Assembly: GCA_025993795.1 (NCBI GenBank)
Contig: JAMQHL010000033.1
Coordinates: forward strand, 3,078-67,077
Source: Planctomycetota bacterium
GTDB lineage: Bacteria > Planctomycetota > UBA8742 > UBA2392
Length of the DNA: 64,000 bases
Direction of reading: 5' to 3'
The notes under the pieces are model-generated. The model saw only the letters and a list, made by a program, of their open reading frames with translations. It was not told the origin of the DNA and did no database searches. The position numbers were made by a program, and so were the translations under genes. Each line of letters opens with the position of its first letter. Position 1 is the first letter of the stretch. This document shows, piece by piece, positions 1 through 8,059 of this stretch.

Positions 1-424
1 GCCACATGCCGGCGCCCATCACGATCGCCCAGAAGCCGACCTGCAGCAGGGAAAGCAGCACGCCCGCGAATGCCATGCCCTTGGCGCGCTTGTTGCCTAC
101 CAGTCCAACCATGCCCAGGATCAGCGAGATCGGTGAGAGAAAGCCGCAAAACAGAAAGCTGACCAGCGAAATGATCAGGCTGGATGCCGCCCAGGAGCCG
201 CTGCCGCTCTGGCGGTAGGCCGCGGGGTTGAACATCTGGCGCGTCATACCCCTGATCCCGTGGGCCTGCGGGTAGTGTTGCATCGGCGGCGGGCCATAGC
301 CCGGCTGCGGCTGGTAGCTGCCCGACTGCGGCATCGGCGCCGACTGCGGCGGATAGCCCGGAGGCGGGCCGTAACCCGATGGGGTGTTCATGCCGGCATG
401 CGGATCGTTGGGGGGCTGGTTCAT
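1..424 (-). CDS. Small membrane protein, partial (C-terminus lies beyond the left edge); Pro/Gly/Tyr/Gln-rich N-terminus followed by a DUF4190-like hydrophobic region
   Basis: Absent from the ORF track because it runs off the edge. Reverse complement from ATG at 424-422 reads MNQPPNDPHAGMNTPSGYGPPPGYPPQSAPMPQSGSYQPQPGYGPPP...SLIISLVSFLFCGFLSPISLILGMVGLVGNKRAKGMAFAGVLLSLLQVGFWAIV with no stop and G/C-rich third codon positions. Confidence 0.6.
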   Translation of the reverse strand, partial: MNQPPNDPHAGMNTPSGYGPPPGYPPQSAPMPQSGSYQPQPGYGPPPMQHYPQAHGIRGMTRQMFNPAAYRQSGSGSWAASSLIISLVSFLFCGFLSPISLILGMVGLVGNKRAKGMAFAGVLLSLLQVGFWAIVMGAGMW

Positions 425-441
425 TTGCGATGCTCCCGTCA

Positions 442-1296
442 TCAGTCGTACTTATAAAAACCGCGCTTTGTCTTTCGGCCAAGGTGACCAGCCGCCACAT
501 ATTTGCGCAGCAGCGGGCAGGGTCGGTACTTGCTGTCGCCCATGTCGCGGTGCAGCACCTCAAGGATGGAAAGGCAGGTGTCCAGGCCAATCAGGTCTGC
601 AAGCGCCAGCGGGCCGATCGGGTGATTCATGCCCAGTTTCATGATGGTGTCGATGGCTTCGGCGCTTGCCACGCCCTCGTGCAGGGCAAAGATCGCCTCG
701 TTGATCATGGGCAGCAGCACGCGGTTGCTGACAAAACCGGGCGAGTCGTTGCAGGCCACGGGCGTCTTGCCGAGGCTGGCGGCGGTTTCCATGACGGCGT
801 TGAAGGTGCCGTCATCGGTGTCAAGACCGCGGATGACTTCCACAAGCTGCATCAAAGGCACCGGGTTCATGAAGTGCATGCCGATAAAACGCGCGGGGTT
901 CTTCACGGTCGTCGCCAGCGTCGTGATGCTGATGCTGCTGGTGTTCGATGCGACAATCGCGTTGTCCGATGCAAAGCCCCGCACGTTGGCAAAGATCTGC
1001 CGCTTGAGGTCAAGGTTCTCGGTGGCCGCTTCAATAATCAGGTCGCGATCTTTCAGCATCGCGTACTCGGTGCCCGGCGCGATCATGGCAAGGGCGGCGC
1101 CCATCTGCGGCGCCTGCAACTTGCCTTTTTCGACCAGTTTGCCGAGTGACTTGGCAATGGTGTCCATGCCCTTCTTCAGGGCGTCCTGGTTCACGTCCAG
1201 CATCACTACATGGCGCCCGCTTGCCGCGAACACCTGGGCGATGCCGTTACCCATCTGGCCTGCACCAATGATGCCGACGCGTTGAATGGCTGCCAT
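442..1296 (-). CDS. hbd: 3-hydroxybutyryl-CoA / 3-hydroxyacyl-CoA dehydrogenase (NAD-binding)
   Basis: 284 aa. N-terminal Rossmann motif VGIIGAGQMGNGIA and the downstream MNHPIGPLALADLIGLD region typical of the HBD/PaaH family. AGGAG Shine-Dalgarno just upstream of the ATG at 1296. Confidence 0.9.
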   Translation of the reverse strand: MAAIQRVGIIGAGQMGNGIAQVFAASGRHVVMLDVNQDALKKGMDTIAKSLGKLVEKGKLQAPQMGAALAMIAPGTEYAMLKDRDLIIEAATENLDLKRQIFANVRGFASDNAIVASNTSSISITTLATTVKNPARFIGMHFMNPVPLMQLVEVIRGLDTDDGTFNAVMETAASLGKTPVACNDSPGFVSNRVLLPMINEAIFALHEGVASAEAIDTIMKLGMNHPIGPLALADLIGLDTCLSILEVLHRDMGDSKYRPCPLLRKYVAAGHLGRKTKRGFYKYD

Positions 1297-1499
1297 GCCT
1301 TGCTCCTGCGCGCTTTTCGAATCCCCGAAGCCCCCGAACCCGTACTGAATCGGGCCGAAGAGTCTATCACGCAGGGTGAAGTATGAAAGCGCGTGGGACC
1401 GGCGTCATTTACGAAGCCACGGTCCATTTGTAGCGACCCGCATGTGCTGCGCCGGCCGGCGCTGGGGCATGCAAGGCCAGCAAAGCACGGCAACCACGC

Positions 1500-1586
1500 G
1501 AACCACAAAAGCACGAAAACACGAAACAGGGCTTGGCGCGGTTGTAATCGTCCAGTGCTTTCGTGTTTTTTGTGCTTTCGTGGTTC
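1500..1586. repeat. Long imperfect inverted repeat (REP-like hairpin) built from CACGAAA/CACAAAA units
   Basis: 5' arm GAACCACAAAAGCACGAAAACACGAAAC (1500-1527) pairs with 3' arm CTTTCGTGTTTTTTGTGCTTTCGTGGTTC (1558-1586). About 26 pairs with one mismatch, one wobble and one bulge, and a ~30-nt loop. Lies in the 515-bp divergent intergenic region between hbd and the tricorn-like gene. Confidence 0.6.
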
Positions 1587-1812
1587 AAACGGGCCGTTCA
1601 TCGTGGCACTCTTTGCGCCTTGGCGTTTGGACTTGTAGTTCAGTTTCGCCGCGCGCCGCCCCGAAGCTTGAGCTACCCGGGGCAGCCAGCGGCCAAGTGC
1701 GGCGGATTCTGGTAGTCGCGGCACGCCATGGACCGTATTTAACTGTCGTACGGAATACCATTGACCGTGGGCCCGCCCGGCGTGCCTGCCTACTATTGAG
1801 GGAGCCCGTCCC

Positions 1813-4800
1813 ATGAGGACAACGCTTACCGTTTTGCTGCTGTTGCTCGCTGGCTCACTGACTGCCCAAGCCGGGCCGAAACCCAAGCCGGTGCTTGATC
1901 CCGCACAGGGAGCACCAGGGGCACGCTACCCGGCGCTGACACCGGACAAGCAGACTGTCGTGTTCAGCCTTCACGGCGACCTTTGGTCAATCCCGGCCGC
2001 CGGCGGGCGCGCGACCCGCCTGACCCTGCATGACGCCTATGACAGCCGCCCGCTGGTGACGCCTGACGGCAAGCAGGTGGTGTTCGTCAGCGACCGCGCC
2101 GGCAGCTACGACATTTGGGTCATGCCCATAGACGGCGGCACACCGCGCCGCCTGACGCACCACTTTGCTTCGGATGTGCCCAACGCATTCACAGCCGATG
2201 GCAAGAACCTGCTGTTCACCAGCACCCGCGCCATGGGCTGGAGCCGCGGCGGCAGCACCGAAATCTGGTCGGTGCCGCTTGCCGGTGGCACGCCGACGCG
2301 CGTTACGTTTACGGGCGCCAACTCGGCCTCTACGCCGGACAATGGCGACACCCTGTATTTCGTGTCAGGGCCCAGCGACGCCAAGGTCCAGGAGTATCAG
2401 GGCACAGCCAACGACCGCCTTTACGTGCAGCGCGGCAGCGAGCCCGCTGAAGAAATTCTTTACTTTCAGGGCAATAGCCGCGAGCCAAGCGTCAGCCGCG
2501 ACGGCAAGCGCCTGCATTTCACGCGTGAAGTCAACGGCAGCTTCGAGTTGTTCATCTGCGACACGACAAGCCAGACCTGTGAACAGGTCACGAGCCTGGG
2601 CGAAGACGGCCTCAGCATGGTCGCGTTCGCGCCCGACGACAGCATGATTGTGTTCGGGTGGAAGTTCTATCTGTGGACGCTGGACCTGACGGTCAAGGAC
2701 GCCAAGCCCAAGCTGTTGAAGATCGAGATCCGTGAAGACAGCAGTGGCGAAAAACTCGTCGAGCGCCGCTTCAGCGAGGGAGTCAGCCGCGCAAGCCTTA
2801 GTGCCGATGGCCGCCGCACCGTCTTCAGCCTTGGCGGCGACCTGTGGGTGATGGACGCCAATGGTGGCACCGCAACCGCCGTTACCAACGACGCGTTCCA
2901 GAATGACAACCCTAAGTTTTCACCCGATGGCAAGACCATCAGTTTCTACAGCAACCGCAGCGGCAACAGTGACATCTGGCTGATCGACGCAAGCGGGCAG
3001 AACCTGCGCCAGTTCACGAACAACCCTGCCGACGAGTTCTTCCAGAACTGGAGCCCGGACGGGCAGGCTCTGGTCTTCTGCAGCACGCGCAGTGGCAACA
3101 AGGACATCTGGATGCGCCGGCTGGACGGCTCGGCCGAAGTACAGCTCACGTCCGACGCCGCCAACGACGACGACCCGGCGTTCAGCCCCGACGGCCGCTT
3201 CATCCTGTTTGACAGCGGGCGCGGCGCGCCTAACAGCGCCAACATATGGATCATGGATGCTGACGGCAGCAACCAGCGCCGTGTATACGGCAGCACAGCC
3301 ATTGAAGAAGTGCCGGTCATGAGCCCCGACGGCCGCTTCATCCTGTTCGACCGCATCACGCGCGGCGGCACGTTTGTGCGCCAGGAAGTTGTGATGACCG
3401 ACCTGGCCGGCAGCGGCGAAGTCGTGATCGCCACCGGCGCCCACGGCTGCTTCACGCCCGACGGCAAAGAAATCCTGTTCGTGACCGCCGACGGCAAGCT
3501 GAACTACACGCCGACGCCGCTTGGCATCCAGAGCGGGCGCAGCGTGCCGTTTGTGGCGTCGCGCAAGGTCAGCGAGAAGGCCGAAATGCTCAAGGCCTTT
3601 GACGAGGCTCACGCGGCGTACCTTGAGTCGTTCTATGACCCCAAGTTCCACGGCAAGGACTGGGCCGCGCTGGGCAGGCAGTACCGCGCGCTGGTCGAGG
3701 CCTCAGGGTGCCGCGAAGAGTTCTTGTATTACCTGAACCGCATGGTCGGTGAAGTCAGCGCCAGCCACAGCGGCGCATCCAACCGCACCATGTTCACCGA
3801 ACGCACCGAGACTGGCTACCTGGGCCTGGAACTGGTGCCCGAGCGCATGCAGGGCAACCGAATGCGCCTGCACGTCGCGGAAGTAGAGAAGGGCGGCCCC
3901 GGCGATGCGGCATGGATTCGCAAGGGCGATTACGTCTTCCGCATTGACCGCAAGCCGCTGGCATTCACCGATGATTTCTATGAGCACTTGGACGGCAAAG
4001 TCGGTGTCGAAACCAGCCTGTTCGTTGCCGACAACCCGGAAGGCACAAACTTCCGTGAAGTGAAGGTAACGCCCGAAAGCTGGGCCCAGCGCCGCCAGCG
4101 CATGTACATGCAGTTCGTCATCGGCAACAAGCAGGCGGCTGCCCAGCAGACCCGCGGCCAGGTTGCCTATGTGCACATCCCCGGCATGAACCAGACCGCG
4201 CTGAACAACTTCCAGAACGAACTGGCCAGCCCCGCGGTGCAGGGCGCCAAGGCGCTGATCATTGACGTGCGCGACAACGGCGGCGGCAACATCCACCAGC
4301 AGTTGATCGACCTGCTGTCACGCAAGCCCTACGCGTACATGACGCTGCGTGACGGCCGCCGCATCAACCAGCCGACGGTTCACTGGGACCGCCCGATCGT
4401 CGTGCTGATCAACGAGCGCAGCTACAGCGACGCGGAAGTTTTCCCGCATGCGCTGAAGACGCTGGGCATGGCAACGATTATCGGTGTGCAGACGCCCGGT
4501 GCCGTAATCGGCACGCGCGACATTCGCCTGAGTGACGGCACCAACTGGCGCCTGCCCAGCACCGGGTTCTTTACATGGGACGGCACGAACCAGGAACACA
4601 ACGGTTGCAAACCCGACATTGAGGTGCAGATTACGCCCGCCGACATTCTCGCGGGTCGCGATACGCAATTGGCCAAGGCCATCGAGGTCGCGCACGAGCA
4701 AGCCCGCAACGGCGGCAAAGCACCGACCACAACCAAGCAGCCGGAACAGCCCAAGCCGAACAAGCCACTGAAAGAAGGCGAGTTCACCGAACCCGCGGCC

Positions 4801-4815
4801 CTGCCCTGGGAGTAG
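1813..4815 (+). CDS. Tricorn-like protease: secreted TolB/PD40 beta-propeller repeats plus a C-terminal S41 (tail-specific) peptidase domain
   Basis: 1000 aa. Signal peptide MRTTLTVLLLLLAGSLTAQA. Many PD40-type repeats (SPDGK..VF.S.R.G..DIW). C-terminal S41 motifs IIDVRDNGGGN and ERSYSDAEVF. GAGGGAG SD upstream of the ATG. Confidence 0.85.
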   Translation: MRTTLTVLLLLLAGSLTAQAGPKPKPVLDPAQGAPGARYPALTPDKQTVVFSLHGDLWSIPAAGGRATRLTLHDAYDSRPLVTPDGKQVVFVSDRAGSYDIWVMPIDGGTPRRLTHHFASDVPNAFTADGKNLLFTSTRAMGWSRGGSTEIWSVPLAGGTPTRVTFTGANSASTPDNGDTLYFVSGPSDAKVQEYQGTANDRLYVQRGSEPAEEILYFQGNSREPSVSRDGKRLHFTREVNGSFELFICDTTSQTCEQVTSLGEDGLSMVAFAPDDSMIVFGWKFYLWTLDLTVKDAKPKLLKIEIREDSSGEKLVERRFSEGVSRASLSADGRRTVFSLGGDLWVMDANGGTATAVTNDAFQNDNPKFSPDGKTISFYSNRSGNSDIWLIDASGQNLRQFTNNPADEFFQNWSPDGQALVFCSTRSGNKDIWMRRLDGSAEVQLTSDAANDDDPAFSPDGRFILFDSGRGAPNSANIWIMDADGSNQRRVYGSTAIEEVPVMSPDGRFILFDRITRGGTFVRQEVVMTDLAGSGEVVIATGAHGCFTPDGKEILFVTADGKLNYTPTPLGIQSGRSVPFVASRKVSEKAEMLKAFDEAHAAYLESFYDPKFHGKDWAALGRQYRALVEASGCREEFLYYLNRMVGEVSASHSGASNRTMFTERTETGYLGLELVPERMQGNRMRLHVAEVEKGGPGDAAWIRKGDYVFRIDRKPLAFTDDFYEHLDGKVGVETSLFVADNPEGTNFREVKVTPESWAQRRQRMYMQFVIGNKQAAAQQTRGQVAYVHIPGMNQTALNNFQNELASPAVQGAKALIIDVRDNGGGNIHQQLIDLLSRKPYAYMTLRDGRRINQPTVHWDRPIVVLINERSYSDAEVFPHALKTLGMATIIGVQTPGAVIGTRDIRLSDGTNWRLPSTGFFTWDGTNQEHNGCKPDIEVQITPADILAGRDTQLAKAIEVAHEQARNGGKAPTTTKQPEQPKPNKPLKEGEFTEPAALPWE

Positions 4816-4840
4816 CCGCCAGTACCCGAGTGTCCACGTC

Positions 4841-4868
4841 AGCCCGGCCTGCAAAGGCCGGGCTTTTC
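4841..4868 (+). terminator. Rho-independent terminator after the tricorn-like gene
   Basis: AGCCCGGCC-TGCAAA-GGCCGGGCT hairpin followed by TTTTCGTTT, 26 nt after the stop codon and between convergent genes. Confidence 0.7.
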
Positions 4869-4885
4869 GTTTACGGACCGATCTC

Positions 4886-5833
4886 CTACCCACGGATACG
4901 TCTGGCGATTCGAGGTGCGGCGAAAAGGGTCAATACCATGGCAAGCAGCACCGCAAACGATGCCGACGTGCCGGACTCGCGAGTGCTACAGTCCGAGTCG
5001 CCGGGTCCTGTTCCTGCACCCGGCTTTGAAGCATCGTAATGGAACTGTTGCGCCAACGTGATTGGTCCCAACAACGATGTGGTAACAACTACGTCGTAGT
5101 AGCCGTCAGTTCCCCCCAAGTTTGGCGTTACCCACCCAGAGCCAAAAGTGTGCGACGCGTTGATCGTGCCAGTGCCGAGATCAACTCCACCAATCGACAC
5201 CGACACCGGAGGGGTGAACCCAGAACCAGTAATTCTGAAGAAAGAACCGTACCGACTAGACGCCGGATCGATGGTGGTGACGAAGAAGATCACGATTGAA
5301 AACGTTGAGGAATCCGGCGTAGGCGTACCAAAGCTGACCGTTGCTGGCCCCTGAACATTCACGTCAGTTATGTTCGTAATACTGACTTGAAAGGTCTCAG
5401 CGACGCTCGCACCTGCGCCCGCGAGAAAATCGGCAACAACCCAAACGTCCACAGACGTTGCGTCTGGAACGGTCAACGTACTCGTGAAGTTGACCGTGAT
5501 CGTTGGTGATGCACCACCAGTTGATCCAAGATTCGTATCCAGCGTCGAACTGAAGCTGCCATCCCCATCGTCCTGCCAGACGCTGATTCCAGTACTCGGG
5601 TCGAGGTCATTCGCAAAGTCACCGGTGCCGCCAACCGTAAGCGTAATACCGTCAACCATCACGGCCCCACCGGAAGCCGCAAGGGTCACAGCCGCGAGTT
5701 CCTGTGAAAAAGCCGTGCCACCTTGCACCCCCGCTGCCGTCGGAGAGTTCGTGGACAACGAAACGGTCAACTGCTGGCCAAACACCGAGCCTGCGGCCAT
5801 CATGACAACCATTACCCAGAAAAGCCTTAGCAT
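4886..5833 (-). CDS. Secreted surface protein, paralogue 1 of 3: signal peptide, ~170-aa beta-rich N-domain, IPT/TIG domain, C-terminal Cys-motif/TM/Arg-cluster tail
   Basis: 315 aa. Signal peptide MLRLFWVMVVMMAAGSVFGQQ. IPT/TIG-like [23 protein letters not shown]...YDVVVTT. Tail [47 protein letters not shown] upstream. Confidence 0.85.
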   Translation of the reverse strand: MLRLFWVMVVMMAAGSVFGQQLTVSLSTNSPTAAGVQGGTAFSQELAAVTLAASGGAVMVDGITLTVGGTGDFANDLDPSTGISVWQDDGDGSFSSTLDTNLGSTGGASPTITVNFTSTLTVPDATSVDVWVVADFLAGAGASVAETFQVSITNITDVNVQGPATVSFGTPTPDSSTFSIVIFFVTTIDPASSRYGSFFRITGSGFTPPVSVSIGGVDLGTGTINASHTFGSGWVTPNLGGTDGYYDVVVTTSLLGPITLAQQFHYDASKPGAGTGPGDSDCSTRESGTSASFAVLLAMVLTLFAAPRIARRIRG

Positions 5834-5886
5834 GAACCCACCACCTCCAACCTGTGGTTTCCACCATGCCCAAGCCTGATTACATG

Positions 5887-6828
5887 CTACCCACGGACAC
5901 GTCTGGCAGTTCGAGGCACAGCGAACAGGACTGCCAGCGCTGTCAAGAGGAACACTAACGACGCGGATGTACTGGAGTCGCGAGTACTACAGTCGCCGGT
6001 GCCCGCACCATCTGCGTCATCAATAACCTCAGAGTGGTGGTATGTCTGGGCTAGTGTAATCGGGCCAAGAAGCGATGTAGTAACGACTACTGGATAGTCG
6101 CCACTTGGGCCAAGGTTCGGCGTCGTCCAACCAGACGCAAACGAGTTTGCGCCGTTTACCGATCCTGTGCCGAGGTCAATACCACCAATCGAAACGGATA
6201 CGGGCGGTGTAAAACCCGAGCCAGTGATTTCAAAGGGAAGGTTACGGTAACCCGAAGCAGGGCTAAAGGACGTAACGAAGAATATTACCACAGAGAGCAC
6301 TGTCGAATCCGGCGCCGGAGTGCCAAGACTGACTGTCGCTGGCGTCTGCACATTTACGTCACCGGCATTCGCGACACTCACCTGGTACGTGTCTGGAATG
6401 CTCGCACCTGCGCTAGCGAGGAAGTCTCCGACGATCCACAGTTCAACCGACGTTGCGTCTGGAACGGTCAACGTACTAGTGAAGTTGACCGTGATCGTCG
6501 CCGATGCACCACCGGTTGCTCCAAGGCTCGTATCCAGCGCCGAGTTGAAGCTGCCATCTCCGTCATCTTGCCAGACGCTGAGACCCGTACTTGGGTCGAT
6601 GTCATTCGCGAAGTCACCTGTGCCGCTGACTGTAACCGTTATGCCGTCAACCATTACGGCTCCTCCCGATGCGGTCAACGTCAGCGCAGCTAGCTCCTGT
6701 GAAAAAGCCGTGCCACCTTGCACCCCCGCTGCCGCCGGAGAGTTCGTGGACAACGAAACGGTCAACTGCTGGCCAGACACCGAGCAAGCGGCGAGAAGGA
6801 CAACTGTTGCTCCGATCCATCGCAACAT
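5887..6828 (-). CDS. Secreted surface protein, paralogue 2 of 3 (same architecture)
   Basis: 313 aa, roughly three-quarters identical by eye to paralogues 1 and 3. Tail GTGDCSTRDSSTSASLVFLLTALAVLFAVPRTARRVRG. Confidence 0.85.
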   Translation of the reverse strand: MLRWIGATVVLLAACSVSGQQLTVSLSTNSPAAAGVQGGTAFSQELAALTLTASGGAVMVDGITVTVSGTGDFANDIDPSTGLSVWQDDGDGSFNSALDTSLGATGGASATITVNFTSTLTVPDATSVELWIVGDFLASAGASIPDTYQVSVANAGDVNVQTPATVSLGTPAPDSTVLSVVIFFVTSFSPASGYRNLPFEITGSGFTPPVSVSIGGIDLGTGSVNGANSFASGWTTPNLGPSGDYPVVVTTSLLGPITLAQTYHHSEVIDDADGAGTGDCSTRDSSTSASLVFLLTALAVLFAVPRTARRVRG

Positions 6829-6879
6829 GAATTGTGGTCTCCGCCCACTGCCACAGACATGCCCAAGGCCAACTACTGC

Positions 6880-7857
6880 CTACCCACGCACACGCCTTGC
6901 TATGCGAGGCGCAGCAAACAGTGCGGCTAGGGTGGCAAGGAGAACCAGAAACGAAGCCGACGTGCCGGATTCGTGAGTGCTACAGTCCGACCCGTTGTTA
7001 CCTGTTCTGCCGCCTGGCTTGGTCGAGTCATAGTAGAACTGTTGCGTCAGAGTTATCGGGCCGAGTAAAGACGTGGTAACCACAACGTCGTGATATCCAT
7101 CGTTGGGGCCAAGGTCTGGAATCACCCAGCCCGATGCGAACGTGTTTGCGCCGTTTACAGTGCCCGTGCCCAAGTCAATTCCACCAATTGAAAGCGAGAC
7201 CGGCGGTGTGAAACCAGAACCGTAAATCCGAAAGAATGTGTTGTGGTAGCTCGACGCGGGGTCAATCGACGACACAAAAAAGATCACAACAGAAAGTTGC
7301 GCTGAGTCGGGTGCCGGTGTGCCAAGACTGACTGTAGCGGGTGCCTGTACGTTTACGTCACCGATACCCGCGACACTCACTTGGTATGTGTCGGGAATGC
7401 TAGCACCGGCGCTAGCGAGGAAGTCGGCAACAACCCAAACATCCACGGAGGTAGCGTCTGGAACGGTCAACGTACTCGTGAAGTTGACCGTGATCGTCGG
7501 CGATGCGCCACCGGTTGACCCCAGATTCGTATCCAGCGCCGAGTTGAAGCTGCCATCTCCGTCATCTTGCCAGACGCTGAGACCCGTACTCGGGTCGAGG
7601 TCGTTTACGAAGTCACCCGTGCCGCCAACTGTCAACGTGATGCCGTTAATCTGGACCGCTCCACCCGACGCCGAAAGAGTGAACGCCGCAAGTTCTTGTG
7701 TAAACGCCGTCCCGCCTTGGATACCCGAAGCCGCCGGCGAGTTTGTGGAAAGAGCTACAGTCACCTGCTGAGCCGCCAAAGAGCGGCCAACGGTCAGCAC
7801 TAGAAAGAGAATAGCCAGGCCTCTTAGCCAACGAGCGCTGGCCACGTTCACCAGCAT
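6880..7857 (-). CDS. Secreted surface protein, paralogue 3 of 3 (same architecture)
   Basis: The track ORF extends to 7980. I trimmed it to ATG 7857 ([31 protein letters not shown]), which gives a signal peptide aligned with paralogues 1 and 2; ATG 7872 is an alternative. Tail [37 protein letters not shown]. Confidence 0.8.
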   Translation of the reverse strand: MLVNVASARWLRGLAILFLVLTVGRSLAAQQVTVALSTNSPAASGIQGGTAFTQELAAFTLSASGGAVQINGITLTVGGTGDFVNDLDPSTGLSVWQDDGDGSFNSALDTNLGSTGGASPTITVNFTSTLTVPDATSVDVWVVADFLASAGASIPDTYQVSVAGIGDVNVQAPATVSLGTPAPDSAQLSVVIFFVSSIDPASSYHNTFFRIYGSGFTPPVSLSIGGIDLGTGTVNGANTFASGWVIPDLGPNDGYHDVVVTTSLLGPITLTQQFYYDSTKPGGRTGNNGSDCSTHESGTSASFLVLLATLAALFAAPRIARRVRG

Positions 7858-8059
7858 GTGCCACTCAGCCATGAGCTTGAGGTCTTCTCGCGGCAATGTG
7901 CGATCAACGTCCTTCTTCGGGGCTGCAATCTTCACGTCGATGGCAGTTGTCGCGTCGTCGGGCATCGCTTGCCTGATCATACCATCGCTGTCCCCGCACT
8001 GTGACTACACAATGCGGGCGCGGTGTGTACGCTGCGCCCGCCTCTTGCGGAGCAACGCC

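Noticed and set aside
379-1149. 256-aa plus-strand ORF (and 629-1285) overlapping hbd
   Set aside because: It is antisense to a well-supported hbd gene. The Arg/Ala/Gly/His-rich, low-complexity translation is typical of shadow ORFs in GC-rich DNA.
6880-7980. Full 366-aa version of paralogue 3 with a 41-aa N-terminal extension
   Set aside because: The extension ([23 protein letters not shown]...) has no counterpart in paralogues 1 and 2 and would bury the signal peptide. The internal ATG at 7857 restores the common architecture.
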